A DNA stretch of 64,000 bases from Candidatus Methylacidiphilales bacterium (GCA_025056655.1 JANWVL010000164.1:661-64660), one strand, 5' to 3'; numbered from the stretch's first letter, positions 38,565 to 48,561 are shown. The notes: generated by a model from the letters alone, not told the origin. Numbers and translations: made by a program.

Positions 38565-38987
38565 TCACTTGTGGATGATGGTGATCAGGCCGGCAATCAT
38601 TAAGAAAGCGCCGAGGAGGGTTCTGAGAGTAATCGGTTCTTTCAAAATCAGAAAAGCCATGAGAATGGCGACGACCATGCTGCCTTTGTCGATGAGGGCG
38701 ATGATCGAGACTTCGCCGTCTTTGAGCGCTTTGTAGTAAAAAATCCAAGAGAGAGAGGTGGTGAGCCCTGAGAGACCGAGCCAGAGGAAATGGTGGGCGG
38801 TGAGGGCAGCGAGTTGGCTTGCGGGCACGGAGAACGCTGTAAAGCCCATGATGAGGAGAAAGACAAAACTTGTGCGCACGGCGAGGCCGAGCTCGCCGGA
38901 GATGTCTTTTAGGCCGATTTTGGCGATCACAGAGGTGAAGCCTGCGAAGGTCATTGAGATTAAGGCGTAGAGTATCCATGTTTTCAT
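38565..38987 (-). CDS. Small EamA-domain (DMT superfamily) membrane protein
   Basis: MKTWILYALISMTFAGFTSVIAKIGL followed by about four TM helices. I removed the ORF-track N-terminal extension to 39188 as a stop-poor artefact. Confidence 0.7.
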   Translation of the reverse strand: MKTWILYALISMTFAGFTSVIAKIGLKDISGELGLAVRTSFVFLLIMGFTAFSVPASQLAALTAHHFLWLGLSGLTTSLSWIFYYKALKDGEVSIIALIDKGSMVVAILMAFLILKEPITLRTLLGAFLMIAGLITIIHK

Positions 38988-39092
38988 AGCGAAAAAGCAG
39001 ATTGAGTGTAGCTGTAGGGAGAGGGGAGCGGAAGGGATTTGGGAGATTTGTTTCCTTGATAAGCTGGCGTGTGTGCGGTATGGGAAGAGCGG

Positions 39093-40070
39093 ATGATACG
39101 GTCGTTTGTGATGAGCGAGGGGAAGGTGGTGGGGCAAGATTTGGATGTGGATGCGTTGCGAATTGTGAGGGCTGATAAGGGTTTGCACATCTGGGTGGAT
39201 TTGTTTCAGCCCTCAGAGAGCGAGGTGCGTGAGATTTTGGAGTTGCTTTTTGGGTTTCACCCGCTGGCGATAGAGGATTGTGTGGCGCCCAATCATTTGC
39301 CTAAGGTAGAGGACTACGAGGATTACTTGTTTTTGGTGATTCACGCGGTGGATTTTTCGAGGAAAGATAAGTTTACGACGACTGAACTTGATTTGTTTTT
39401 AGGCAAGGAATTTTTAGTGACGCACCATACTGCGCCGATGCGCTCGATCGCTTCTGCGATGGAAAGGCTACAGAAAAATGCAGGTCAAGCCGCGCGAGGT
39501 GTGGATCGGTTGATGCATTCGATATTGGATAGCGTTGTGGAACACTACAATCCAGTATTGGCCGAGATCACGGCAGAGATTAACGAGCTAGAGGAACAAA
39601 TTTTTAGTGAGTCCAAAAAACCTGATGTGCGTCTTCTCCAAGAATTTCGAAAAGTCAAAGCGGAGACTAACGAGCTACGTCAGATTCTGCGTCCTCAGCA
39701 AGAGGTCATTGCGAGGCTGGCAGCAGGGGAGTTTAAGCTGATTCGGCCAGTTGTTTTGCCGTATTTTCGAGATATTCGGGATATGTTAGCCCGAATCGAT
39801 ATGGTGGCAGGGAATTTGCAAGATCAACTTTATTTGGCGATGGATGTTTATTTGAATCGCGTGCAGGCTCACACAAATGAGATCATCAAAGTCTTGGCCG
39901 TGTTGACGGCTGTGACGACGCCCGTGATGGTGATTGGCACGTGGTATGGGATGAATTTCGAGGGGATGCTGGAGCTTAAGCCAGCGATTAGTTACTGGAT
40001 TATAATTGCCTTGACGATAATTTCGACGGTGGTGTTAATGTGGTGGATGAAGAAAAAGGATTACATTTAG
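39093..40070 (+). CDS. corA: Magnesium/cobalt transporter CorA
   Basis: Carries the YGMNF signature (GTWYGMNFEGM) before the last TM helix, plus FHPLAIEDC in the N-terminal domain. The start is ambiguous among GTG 39069, ATG 39093 and ATG 39111. Confidence 0.88.
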   Translation: MIRSFVMSEGKVVGQDLDVDALRIVRADKGLHIWVDLFQPSESEVREILELLFGFHPLAIEDCVAPNHLPKVEDYEDYLFLVIHAVDFSRKDKFTTTELDLFLGKEFLVTHHTAPMRSIASAMERLQKNAGQAARGVDRLMHSILDSVVEHYNPVLAEITAEINELEEQIFSESKKPDVRLLQEFRKVKAETNELRQILRPQQEVIARLAAGEFKLIRPVVLPYFRDIRDMLARIDMVAGNLQDQLYLAMDVYLNRVQAHTNEIIKVLAVLTAVTTPVMVIGTWYGMNFEGMLELKPAISYWIIIALTIISTVVLMWWMKKKDYI

Positions 40071-40071
40071 T

Positions 40072-40656
40072 ATGGGTTGGGCAAATAAGATTTATTACCT
40101 TGCCGTCATTATAGTCTGGGTGGCTGTAAATTTAAGCTGGGCAGAGCAACTCAACCTCGACGTCGAGGTGGAACGCAAACGCAAATCCGATCAAGATCAG
40201 TCTGACACTGCAGATTTTGACGACCGCCAGCAGTATATCCGTCTAGGTTTCAAGATAAAAAACAATGAGTTCGATGACCATAAAGGCATCAAAGCAAAAG
40301 TCTGGATCATTGGCGAAGCCTACGACAGTAATATTGTGGAGGAGAAAAACACTTTTGTCGTCCTTTCTAAGCATGAGTTTGACCTCGATCTGAAGGGCGG
40401 CGAGGAGACAGCTTTTGCTACAGACGGATACACCGTAAAATACGACTCTACACTAAGCGCACGCTACGGCGCGACGTATTATTGTTATGCACTTGAGCTT
40501 GTTAACGCCCAAAACCAGGTTGTCTTCCGTAAGACGGATAAGCCGAGTTTTATACAAGAGGAGGATTTCGAAAAACTTGACTCGCTGGGGATTCGTAAGG
40601 CTTTTGATAAAAAGTTGCGCCCACTGAAGGGCGTTAAGATTCTTTTTCCTGAGTAA
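40072..40656 (+). CDS. Hypothetical secreted or membrane-anchored protein
   Basis: 194 aa with an N-terminal hydrophobic segment (IYYLAVIIVWVAVNLSWA). The start lies 1 nt after the corA stop. No motif recognised. Confidence 0.45.
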   Translation: MGWANKIYYLAVIIVWVAVNLSWAEQLNLDVEVERKRKSDQDQSDTADFDDRQQYIRLGFKIKNNEFDDHKGIKAKVWIIGEAYDSNIVEEKNTFVVLSKHEFDLDLKGGEETAFATDGYTVKYDSTLSARYGATYYCYALELVNAQNQVVFRKTDKPSFIQEEDFEKLDSLGIRKAFDKKLRPLKGVKILFPE

Positions 40657-40677
40657 TGCTCGGCAGGCTCTCCTGCT

Positions 40678-41700
40678 ATGCTCGTCCTTGGAGTTGAGAC
40701 ATCGTGTGATGAGACAGGGCTAGCTCTTGTAGAGGGGAACGAGGGGGAGATTAAAGTCATCGGATCGATTCTCAGCTCTCAGGTAGCGAAGCACCGCGCT
40801 TATGGAGGGGTCGTGCCAGAGCTGGCGGTGCGTGCTCATCTTGATGTCTTGCCTTCGATGACAGCACAGTTCATGGTGGAGAATCATGTATCTTGGGATG
40901 ATCTCGATGCTGTTGCGGTTACGCGCGGTCCTGGACTGGTTGCCTCTTTACTTGTAGGATTGAATTTCGCACGAGGGCTTGCTCTTGCTACAGGTCTTCC
41001 TCTTTTCGGGATCAACCACCTTGAAGGGCATCTCTACTCGGCTTTTCTGGCAGAGGGGCAGTGGCCTGTATTTCCGTTCATCGGACTGATCGTGAGTGGG
41101 GGGCATACTCTCATCGTTTTAGCGGAAAAAGAAGACAGGCTTGTTCGACTTGGCGGGACACTGGATGATGCAGCTGGGGAGTGCCTCGACAAAATCGCGC
41201 GTTTACTTGGCCTGCCCTACCCTGGTGGGCCGGAGATTGAGCGCCGTGCCGTTGGGGGGGATGCTTTTCGTTTTTATTTTCCTCGTAGTTTTGAAAAGGC
41301 TGATACGTTTGATTTTAGTTTTAGCGGATTGAAGACGGCCGTGCGTTACTTCTTGGAAAAACAAAATCCCGATATCTTGCGCGATGCTCAATTTATTGCG
41401 GATGTTTGCGCTTCTGTGCAGGAGGCTGTGATGGAGATCTTGGCTAAAAAAGCTGTCCTGGCTGCACAACGTCATGACGTTCGACGGATTGCTGTGGGGG
41501 GTGGCGTAGCCTGCAATGGCCGATTGCAAGCTCTCCTCAGCCAGCTTTGTCAAGAGGAAGGAATAGTCTTGCATGTTACTCCCCCGGCGTTGTGCACGGA
41601 TAATGCGATCATGATAGCTGGCGTTGGGTTGATGAAAATTCGCTATCAGGTTGCGCCGGATTTGTTTTGTGAAGCCGAGCCTGGGTGGAGCTTGCAGTGA
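40678..41700 (+). CDS. tsaD: tRNA N6-adenosine threonylcarbamoyltransferase
   Basis: Carries MLVLGVETSCDETG, NHLEGHL and SGGHT. 340 aa. Confidence 0.93.
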   Translation: MLVLGVETSCDETGLALVEGNEGEIKVIGSILSSQVAKHRAYGGVVPELAVRAHLDVLPSMTAQFMVENHVSWDDLDAVAVTRGPGLVASLLVGLNFARGLALATGLPLFGINHLEGHLYSAFLAEGQWPVFPFIGLIVSGGHTLIVLAEKEDRLVRLGGTLDDAAGECLDKIARLLGLPYPGGPEIERRAVGGDAFRFYFPRSFEKADTFDFSFSGLKTAVRYFLEKQNPDILRDAQFIADVCASVQEAVMEILAKKAVLAAQRHDVRRIAVGGGVACNGRLQALLSQLCQEEGIVLHVTPPALCTDNAIMIAGVGLMKIRYQVAPDLFCEAEPGWSLQ

Positions 41701-41817
41701 TTTATCAGAGTTGATTAGGGAATGGGAATTTGTTTAGGGTGTTGCATGTAGTTTTTGACAAACCCAGGTGACTCCCTAAGGTAGCGGAAGCATAATCCTA
41801 CATCGCACTTTTATTTT

Positions 41818-42828
41818 ATGGTTCCTTTATCTCAAGCTTGGACGGTAGCAACATACGTTATTAAGCAGAAACTTCGTGGGAATAGGTATTATCCGCTGGT
41901 TTTGATGCTGGAGCCACTTTTTCGATGCAATCTAGCATGTGCGGGGTGCGGCAAAATCCAATATCCTGAGCATATTTTGAATAGACGCCTTACTCCTGAG
42001 CAGTGTTGGGCTGCGGCGGAGGAATGTGGGGCTCCAATGGTCTCGATTCCAGGGGGTGAGCCTCTGATCCATCCTGAGATTGATCAGATTGTTAAGGGAT
42101 TGGTTGAGCGCAAAAAATACGTTTATCTTTGCACTAATGCGCTTCTGCTTAAACGCAAACTGGATCTTTTCACACCGAGCCCTTATCTCACCTTTTCTGT
42201 GCACATGGATGGCCTGAAGGAGGAACATGACGAGGCCGTGTGCCGCGACGGCGTTTATGAAACGGCTGTGGAGGCCATTAAGGAGGCGGTGAAGCGTGGG
42301 TTTCGTGTGACGACAAACACGACGCTTTTTGAGGGAGCAAAGCCTGAGCGCGTTCGCGCTTTCTTTGATGAAATGATGCGGCTTGGGGTGGAGGGGATGA
42401 TGCTTTCGCCCGGTTATTCCTATGAGAAGGCACCGGATCAAGAGCATTTCTTACCTCGAGAGAAGACAAAGAAGCTTTTTGCCGATATTTTGCGCAATAG
42501 GAAAAAGACGTGGCGCTATAATCTTTCGCCTCTGTTTCTTGAATTCTTACAAGGGAAACTCGATTTTGACTGCACGCCGTGGGGTTCGCCTTGTTACAAT
42601 ATATTTGGCTGGCAACGGCCGTGTTATCTTCTTCAGGACGGTTACTGTAAAACTTTCAAAGAATTGATCGAGACTACTGATTGGTCGCAATACGGCCACA
42701 AAAGCAAGAATCCTAAATGCTCCAACTGCATGGTGCATTGTGGTTTTGAACCTTCAGCCGTAGATTACACGTTTAGCTCGCTTAAGGGGTTTGTGCGGAC
42801 GGTGAAGGCGACGCTCGCTCACAATTAA
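41818..42828 (+). CDS. hpnH: Adenosyl-hopene transferase (radical SAM, hopanoid side-chain biosynthesis)
   Basis: The N-terminus YVIKQKLRGNRYYPLVLMLEPLFRCNLACAGCGKIQYP has the CxxxCxxC cluster and closely matches the HpnH family pattern as I remember it. 336 aa. Confidence 0.8.
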   Translation: MVPLSQAWTVATYVIKQKLRGNRYYPLVLMLEPLFRCNLACAGCGKIQYPEHILNRRLTPEQCWAAAEECGAPMVSIPGGEPLIHPEIDQIVKGLVERKKYVYLCTNALLLKRKLDLFTPSPYLTFSVHMDGLKEEHDEAVCRDGVYETAVEAIKEAVKRGFRVTTNTTLFEGAKPERVRAFFDEMMRLGVEGMMLSPGYSYEKAPDQEHFLPREKTKKLFADILRNRKKTWRYNLSPLFLEFLQGKLDFDCTPWGSPCYNIFGWQRPCYLLQDGYCKTFKELIETTDWSQYGHKSKNPKCSNCMVHCGFEPSAVDYTFSSLKGFVRTVKATLAHN

Positions 42829-44231
42829 ATGTGGATAGCCGCGCCTTTGGCTGCTAGTGCGGCTTCGGCGACCATTTCGCTGAGTGTGGGATGGGGGTGG
42901 ATGGTGGTGTGGATTTCATCGAGTGTGGCTTCGAGCTGTATGGCGAGGGAAAGCTCAGCGATTAATTCGGTCGCTTCTGCACCGATAATGTGGGCGCCGA
43001 GGATTTCTCCGTGGGGCTCGCCGGCAATGAGTTTCACGAAGCCTTCGGGTTCACCGGAGGCGACGGCACGGCCTGAGGCGCGGTAGGGGAACTTTGCTAC
43101 TTTGAATCGCAGGCCTTTTTCTTTGGCTTGTTTTTCGGTGAGGCCGATGGAAGCGATTTGCGGTTGACAGTAGGTGCAGGCGGGGGTGGTGGTGATTTTG
43201 TGCGGTTTTTTGCCTGGGATGAAGAGGCCTTCGACGGCTTCGATGGCTTCATGGGAGGCGACGTGAGCGAGCCAAGGTGGGCCGATGATGTCGCCTGCGG
43301 CATAAATAGTGGGGATAGAGGTCTGATAGCGGTCGTTGGTTTTGATGTAGCCTTTGGCGTCGAGTTCGATGCGGACAGAGGGAGCGAGGAGGCCGTCGAG
43401 ATTGGGGATCACACCGATTGCAAGGAGCAGTTTTTCGGCGGAGAGGTTTTGAGGAGTGGGGGCGGAGAGTGTGACATTGACTCCTTGATCAGTGGGCTGG
43501 ATGTTTTCTGTTTTGGCTTGGGTGATGACAGTGATGCCTTGCTTGGTGAATTCTTTTTCGAGGAGTGCGGCGACTTCGTGGTCTTCTTGTGGGACGAGTT
43601 GTGGCATTGCCTCGATGAGGGTGACTTTTGTGCCGAGGGCATTGTAGAAGTAGGCAAACTCGACACCGATGGCTCCTGCGCCAATGATGATGAGGGATCG
43701 AGGGAGGGCGGAGGGCAGCATGGCTTCTTTGCTGGTCCAGACGTTTGGGGCGTCTGCTGGGAGGCCAGGGAAGGGTCGCGGTTTGCAACCTGTGGCGATC
43801 AAGATGTAGCGGGTCTGGAGAATCGTCGGCGCTCCGCCTTGCTGGGGGGTGATGGTGACTTGTGTGGGGCTGGTGATTTGGGCGTGGCCGGCGATGTGGT
43901 GGACTTTTTTGGATTGGAAGAGGTATTCGATGCCTTTGGCCATGGTGTCGGCGACGGAGCGGCTGCGCTGGATGATGGATGGAAGGTCGATTTGTACGGT
44001 GCCGTTGATTTTGATGCCGAAGTCTTCGGCGTGGCGGATGTGGTCGAGGAGGTCGGCTGTTTTGAGAAGGGCTTTGGTGGGGATACAGCCCCAGTTGAGG
44101 CAAGTGCCGCCGGGTCGTTCTTTTTCGATGCAGGCGACGGTTTTGCCGAGTTGGGCAGCGCGGATGGCAGCGACGTAGCCGGCGGGGCCGCCGCCGATGA
44201 CGACGAGATCGAAGGTGGATGGTTGGCTCAT
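42825..44231 (-). CDS. lpdA: Dihydrolipoyl dehydrogenase
   Basis: Has FAD motif VIGGGPAGYVAAIRAAQLG, redox disulfide GTCLNWGCIPTK, NAD motif IIGAGAIGVEF and the C-terminal HPHPTLSE interface motif. Confidence 0.93.
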   Translation of the reverse strand: MSQPSTFDLVVIGGGPAGYVAAIRAAQLGKTVACIEKERPGGTCLNWGCIPTKALLKTADLLDHIRHAEDFGIKINGTVQIDLPSIIQRSRSVADTMAKGIEYLFQSKKVHHIAGHAQITSPTQVTITPQQGGAPTILQTRYILIATGCKPRPFPGLPADAPNVWTSKEAMLPSALPRSLIIIGAGAIGVEFAYFYNALGTKVTLIEAMPQLVPQEDHEVAALLEKEFTKQGITVITQAKTENIQPTDQGVNVTLSAPTPQNLSAEKLLLAIGVIPNLDGLLAPSVRIELDAKGYIKTNDRYQTSIPTIYAAGDIIGPPWLAHVASHEAIEAVEGLFIPGKKPHKITTTPACTYCQPQIASIGLTEKQAKEKGLRFKVAKFPYRASGRAVASGEPEGFVKLIAGEPHGEILGAHIIGAEATELIAELSLAIQLEATLDEIHTTIHPHPTLSEMVAEAALAAKGAAIHI

Positions 44232-44255
44232 GGGGGGGTGCTTTGAGTGGAGAGG

Positions 44256-44930
44256 TTAGGAAGTTTGTGGGTCGTGGGAATAATATTTTTTTCCGATTTC
44301 GATGCGGGGTCGGCCGTTGGCGAGTCGCCAGCGGTTGGTGTCGCGGAGGGAGTAGATGCAGCCGCAGTATTCTTGTTGGTAGAAGCGCTCGGTTTTGGCG
44401 AGCTCGATCATGCGTTGGGAGCCGCCTTGTTTGCGCCAGTTGTAGGTCCAGTAGGTGATACCGGGGTAACGGGCAGCCGCACGGAGGCCGGATTGGTTAA
44501 TCTGATCGATGTCTTTCCAGCGTGAGATGCCGAGGCAGGAGGTGATGATGGGGAAACCGTTTTCGTAGGCATAGAGGGCGGTGCGCTCGAAGCGCATGTC
44601 GAAGCAGACGGTGCAGCGGGCGCCGCGCTCGGGTTCCCATTCGAGGCCGCGGGTGCGGGCGAACCAGTTGTCGGTGTCGTAGTCGGCATCGACGAAGGGG
44701 ATGTTGTGTTTTTGGGCGAAGCGGATGTTTTCTTGTTTTCGGATTTCGTATTCTTGGCGTGGGTGGATGTTGGGGTTGTAGAAGAAAATGGTGAAGGGGA
44801 TGTGTGAGAGGCGGAGGGTTTCTATGACGTCGCCTGAGCAGGGGGCGCAGCAGGAGTGGAGTAGGAGTGGGCCTTGGGAGCCGTTTGGAAGGGTGAGGGT
44901 GGGACGGGGTGGGAGTGGTGGGGTGGGCAT
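44256..44930 (-). CDS. queH: Epoxyqueuosine reductase QueH (DUF208)
   Basis: Carries [12 protein letters not shown] and the downstream Cys pattern ([12 protein letters not shown]). The start is set at the ATG at 44930, because the ORF-track extension to 45278 overlaps amt. Confidence 0.8.
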   Translation of the reverse strand: MPTPPLPPRPTLTLPNGSQGPLLLHSCCAPCSGDVIETLRLSHIPFTIFFYNPNIHPRQEYEIRKQENIRFAQKHNIPFVDADYDTDNWFARTRGLEWEPERGARCTVCFDMRFERTALYAYENGFPIITSCLGISRWKDIDQINQSGLRAAARYPGITYWTYNWRKQGGSQRMIELAKTERFYQQEYCGCIYSLRDTNRWRLANGRPRIEIGKKYYSHDPQTS

Positions 44931-44935
44931 GGGGT

Positions 44936-46456
44936 TTAGTGTCGAGAGCTTCGTGTGAATTCGGGATAGGGGTCTTCGCCTAGGTCGGCCTGGTCGAGTC
45001 CTTGGTGCTCGGATTCGACTGGGACGCGTAGGGTGAGTGTGGATTTTAGGATGAGCCAGAGGATGGTGGCGGCCGTAAGACCGAAGATGAGGATGAGGAG
45101 GAGGCCTTTGAATTGTTGGAGGAGTTGGAGGGATGGGGGTAGGCCTGTGTCGGCGGCGATTGTTTTTCGGGCGATGTCGGATTGGAAGAAGAGGCCGGTG
45201 AGGAGGAGGCTGAGGAGGGAGTTGGAGCCGTGTGTGGAGAGGGTGTAGGTGGGGTCGTCTATTTTGAGGCGTTGCCAAAACCAGATGCTGAGAATGGTGA
45301 TGAGGCCGGAGATGAGACCGACGAAGAAGGCGGCATGAGGGGCGACGTAGGTGAGGGGGGCACTGATGGTGATAGCTCCGCCGAGGGCGCCGAGGAGGGT
45401 GTAGCGGAGACTGGGTTTTCCAATCCAGAAGGAGCTGAGGAGGGAGGCGGATAAGGTGGCTGCGCTGATGCTGAGGGCGGAGTTGAGTCCAGCTAGGGCG
45501 ATGATTTCTGGGGCTAGGATGTGGGTGGCTTTGCCGAGCCCGATCGCGGTGAGGCCGATGATGGTGAGGGCAATGCCGAGGGAGAAAAGGGGGAGGTTGT
45601 GTTGAGGGATGAGATATGGGCTCCGATCAGTGTAGTGACCGATGCGGGCGCCAACTATGATGAGGGCTGGTAGCGCGCAGACTGTGGGAAGTAGGTGGAG
45701 TAGGGAGGCTCCTGCGGCGTCGCGGAAGTTGCCCCAAAAGCTGGTGAATCCAGCTTCGGGGGGGTCGAGCATGAGGAGTCCTCCTCCCCAGACCCAGTGT
45801 CCTACGGTGGGGTAGATCAGGGTTGCGTAGAGGAAGGCGAAGAGGCCTGCTGCGGGGTAGCGGAGGCGTTCTGAGAGGGGCGCAAAGATGATTTGTGCTG
45901 AGAATGCTGCTAGGAGGGCGTGGAAGAGGAATTTGAGGAAAAGTGGAGCGGGGATGGTGGCTGCGGCATCGTAGACGCCGTCGTAGGGTGTGGGGTTGTG
46001 GGGATTGGCGGGGGCGTAGTTGGCGTTGCCGCCTCGCTCGATGAGGAGGGCGGGGGAGTTGTCTGTGCCGAGGAGAAACCAGAGGCCGCTTGTGCCAGTC
46101 CATGGTGTGCCATCGCTGAACATGACTCCCCAGCCGAGGGTCCAATAGCCGAGGATGGCGGCGGCGATGACGATGGATTGTTCGAAGAAGGGGTGGATGG
46201 CGTTTTTGAGTCGCATGAGGCCGCTGCGGATGAGGATGAGGCCGAGGGAGGCAAGGGCGACACCGAGTGAGGAGAGGATGAGCCATGAGGTGTTGGCACT
46301 GACGATGAGGGTGGAGAGGGTGGTGTCTGGGGCTGAGGTTTCGGCAGCATTTAGTGGGGTGATGGGGAGTGTAAATGTGAGGCTGAGGTATAGGAGCGAG
46401 GTTATGCTGCGGTGAGACATGGGGGATAGAATGGGTGGAGGAGTGGCTTTTTGCAA
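44936..46456 (-). CDS. amt: Ammonium transporter (Amt family)
   Basis: About 11 TM helices, a signal-like N-terminus, and segments resembling Amt motifs ([41 protein letters not shown]). The alternative start at 46420 (MSHRS) is equally plausible. Confidence 0.78.
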   Translation of the reverse strand: MQKATPPPILSPMSHRSITSLLYLSLTFTLPITPLNAAETSAPDTTLSTLIVSANTSWLILSSLGVALASLGLILIRSGLMRLKNAIHPFFEQSIVIAAAILGYWTLGWGVMFSDGTPWTGTSGLWFLLGTDNSPALLIERGGNANYAPANPHNPTPYDGVYDAAATIPAPLFLKFLFHALLAAFSAQIIFAPLSERLRYPAAGLFAFLYATLIYPTVGHWVWGGGLLMLDPPEAGFTSFWGNFRDAAGASLLHLLPTVCALPALIIVGARIGHYTDRSPYLIPQHNLPLFSLGIALTIIGLTAIGLGKATHILAPEIIALAGLNSALSISAATLSASLLSSFWIGKPSLRYTLLGALGGAITISAPLTYVAPHAAFFVGLISGLITILSIWFWQRLKIDDPTYTLSTHGSNSLLSLLLTGLFFQSDIARKTIAADTGLPPSLQLLQQFKGLLLILIFGLTAATILWLILKSTLTLRVPVESEHQGLDQADLGEDPYPEFTRSSRH

Positions 46457-46740
46457 CGATTTTTCGGGTGGGGGAAGGATGGTGGGAGGGTGGTGGGGAT
46501 GATGATGGAGGTGGGGGAATTACAATGTCAATACGGGATATGGGATGTGGGTTTGTGGGGAGGTTTTTTTATTTTGAGTTGAGTGGTTTGGTGAAAAGTG
46601 AATTTTTGGTAGTAAAAATTGTGAATTTTGGGTTTTGGGGATTGAGTTTTGTGGCTTTTAGGTGGCTTTAGGGGGGATGTTTTGGAAAAATCTTGTGTGG
46701 TTTGGTGGTGTCTAAAATAAAAGGTTGAATTTTTTTCTGG

Positions 46741-48078
46741 ATGTGTTATTACTGGAGTATGAATTGGGTCTTGGTCCAGCCTTTTCTTTTGGGATTGGTT
46801 GGGGTGGGATTGTTTTTAGGGGTGGAGTTGCGAGGAGAGGAGGATCTTGATCCGCTGGCTGTGCCAAGGGGTGGGGTGGTGATTGGCGGGGAGGCGGAGT
46901 TAAAGACTTTTGAAGGTCGGCATTTGATTCGAGCTGGGACGGAGCGTGTGGCTATTCGTTATGATGGGGGGTTTAATATTGGTGTGAAGGGGACTGTGGA
47001 TGTGGAAGGCTTGCCTGGTGGCGCGGCGTTGATTCAGGATGCGAACGATAGGATGGAGGTGTCGCGGTTGTATGGTCAGCTTAATGCGAATGTGGATGTG
47101 ATGGTGTTGAATCCGAATGGGGTTGTGATTGGGAGGGATTTTAAGGCTGATACACGGAGTTTGATGGTAGGGGCGTTGCAGGGAGTGGCTGATGAATTCA
47201 TGAAACAGGATCGTATTGTGTTGAGTGGGGTGAGTGATGGGGCTAAGGTGGTAAATCATGGGGCGGTGTTGGGGAAGGATGTTGTCCTGCTGGCTCCACG
47301 GGTGGAGGATGTTGTTTCGGAGGCTGTGCGAGCGGAAGGGGAGCGGTTTGTGGTTCAGTTGAATCCTGAAAATGGTGGAGGTGCGGCTATTCGGATACGG
47401 TTACCGGATTCGTCGGGTGGGGTGTTGAAGACGAATCCTGATCAGATTTATGCGCGGGCTATGAATACGGAGAGTCTGGGTGAGGAGCGGGTGCGGGTTC
47501 TTCGTAATGGACAAGTTGTGGTGCGGAATGTGCCTGGTGGGAGAGCTTCTTCATCACGGGGGTCGAACCCGCCTTTGATAACGGTAAATCAAGTTTCACA
47601 GGTGCCCAGGGGCCTTGTGGATATAGGGGGAGAAAAGCTGCCTGCTTTGGATGTGACGGACATTCGCAGGGCTGAGCCAGTCGTGGTGGGGGGGGCTGTT
47701 GTTTCGAACCCGAGGCCAGCCGTGATGGGGAGAACTTTACCAGGACGGGTGGAGGAGATAGTGCTTGAAGCAAGTAGGGTGCTACCTCAGGAGGTAACTT
47801 TTAAGGAATTTCCAAGGCTTGATCGGCAGCAGGAGGGTAGGCGGTTTGAGAGACGCAGGGCTAAGATTAGGATAAAGGACAGCGAGATGGATTCGAATGA
47901 TGATCGTGGCTATGTGAATGTAGTTCCGCTGCCTCCGAGTGTCGTCTTGGTGGAGTCTGTGAGGGAGCCGAATGCTCCTAAGATTCAGATTACTAATACG
48001 GAGATTGCTTTGGATAGGGAAGCGGAAGATACGGGGGAAGTCGTGGTGTTGCCGAGTGTGAGAGGGGCTGGGCGTTAG
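46741..48078 (+). CDS. Secreted protein with a filamentous-haemagglutinin N-terminal (TPS) domain
   Basis: A signal-like N-terminus is followed by VPRGGVVIGGEAEL...RVAIRYDGGFNIGVKGTVDV...SRLYGQLNANVDVMVLNPNGVVIGRDFKADT. This matches my memory of the Haemagg_act consensus (NPNGI core). It is only 445 aa. Confidence 0.65.
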   Translation: MCYYWSMNWVLVQPFLLGLVGVGLFLGVELRGEEDLDPLAVPRGGVVIGGEAELKTFEGRHLIRAGTERVAIRYDGGFNIGVKGTVDVEGLPGGAALIQDANDRMEVSRLYGQLNANVDVMVLNPNGVVIGRDFKADTRSLMVGALQGVADEFMKQDRIVLSGVSDGAKVVNHGAVLGKDVVLLAPRVEDVVSEAVRAEGERFVVQLNPENGGGAAIRIRLPDSSGGVLKTNPDQIYARAMNTESLGEERVRVLRNGQVVVRNVPGGRASSSRGSNPPLITVNQVSQVPRGLVDIGGEKLPALDVTDIRRAEPVVVGGAVVSNPRPAVMGRTLPGRVEEIVLEASRVLPQEVTFKEFPRLDRQQEGRRFERRRAKIRIKDSEMDSNDDRGYVNVVPLPPSVVLVESVREPNAPKIQITNTEIALDREAEDTGEVVVLPSVRGAGR

Positions 48079-48115
48079 GCTTTGGGCTGGCCTGGGGTGG
48101 GGGCGCGTGGTTTTG

Positions 48116-48550
48116 TCAACTGGGGATCTCGAGCTTAGGAGCAAAATGGGGATTGCATGGGGATAGGGATTGGGGTGCGTGGTGGATCTTGTTTAGGTAA
48201 TTCTCGATGTGATTGAGGAGTTGGGCTGTGGAACAACCTAGGTAGGGGTCAGGGTATGGGGATATGTTTTTTTTGGACAGGGTGAGGAGGTTGGCCGCAG
48301 GTATGAGGCGATTTTTTGAGAGATGGACAAAGGCGCCGGCAAATTGGATTAGGCCTTGGTAAAATTTGGCTTGGGGGGTGGCACGAGATTGTAGCCAGAG
48401 TTCTTCTAGAACATCGTGTGCTTCGTAGAAGAGGCTTTGGTTGAAACAGGCGAAGTAACCGAGGTAGTGCGGAGGCCATACAGGATGGTGGGAGTAGGGG
48501 GCGATTAGTTGGGCAATGCGGGAAGATTTATGTGTGAGAGCCATGGGCAT
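48116..48550 (-). CDS. DUF309-domain protein
   Basis: FNQSLFYEAHDVLEELW matches the DUF309 signature (FN..yfEaHe.lE..W). 144 aa. Confidence 0.7.
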   Translation of the reverse strand: MPMALTHKSSRIAQLIAPYSHHPVWPPHYLGYFACFNQSLFYEAHDVLEELWLQSRATPQAKFYQGLIQFAGAFVHLSKNRLIPAANLLTLSKKNISPYPDPYLGCSTAQLLNHIENYLNKIHHAPQSLSPCNPHFAPKLEIPS

Positions 48551-48561
48551 AGGACGGGTGG

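Noticed and set aside
38988-39188. 67-codon N-terminal extension of the EamA gene, and the overlapping ORFs at 38440-38979 and 38984-39190.
   Set aside because: The extension is His/Pro/Leu low-complexity sequence that overlaps the corA start region. MKTWILYAL is a typical EamA N-terminus.
41932-42447. 171-aa minus-strand ORF antisense to hpnH.
   Set aside because: It is nested antisense in a gene with a clear radical-SAM signature and shows no motif.
43128-44246. 372-aa Gly/Asp/Val/Phe-rich + strand ORF antisense to lpdA, plus the 204-aa minus-frame ORF at 43489-44103.
   Set aside because: lpdA carries all the FAD, NAD and disulfide motifs. The antisense and alternative frames are low-complexity and open only because A is scarce on this strand.
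44931-45278. N-terminal 116-aa extension of the queH ORF, overlapping the 3' end of amt.
   Set aside because: The extension is Pro/Arg/His low-complexity sequence. QueH-family proteins are about 200-230 aa, and an ATG at 44930 sits just before the conserved CCAPCS region.
45627-46286. 219-aa and 146-aa alternative-frame ORFs inside amt, plus the + strand ORFs at 45920-46270 and 46155-46415.
   Set aside because: These are the same stop-depletion artefact. Only the amt frame gives a coherent polytopic membrane protein.
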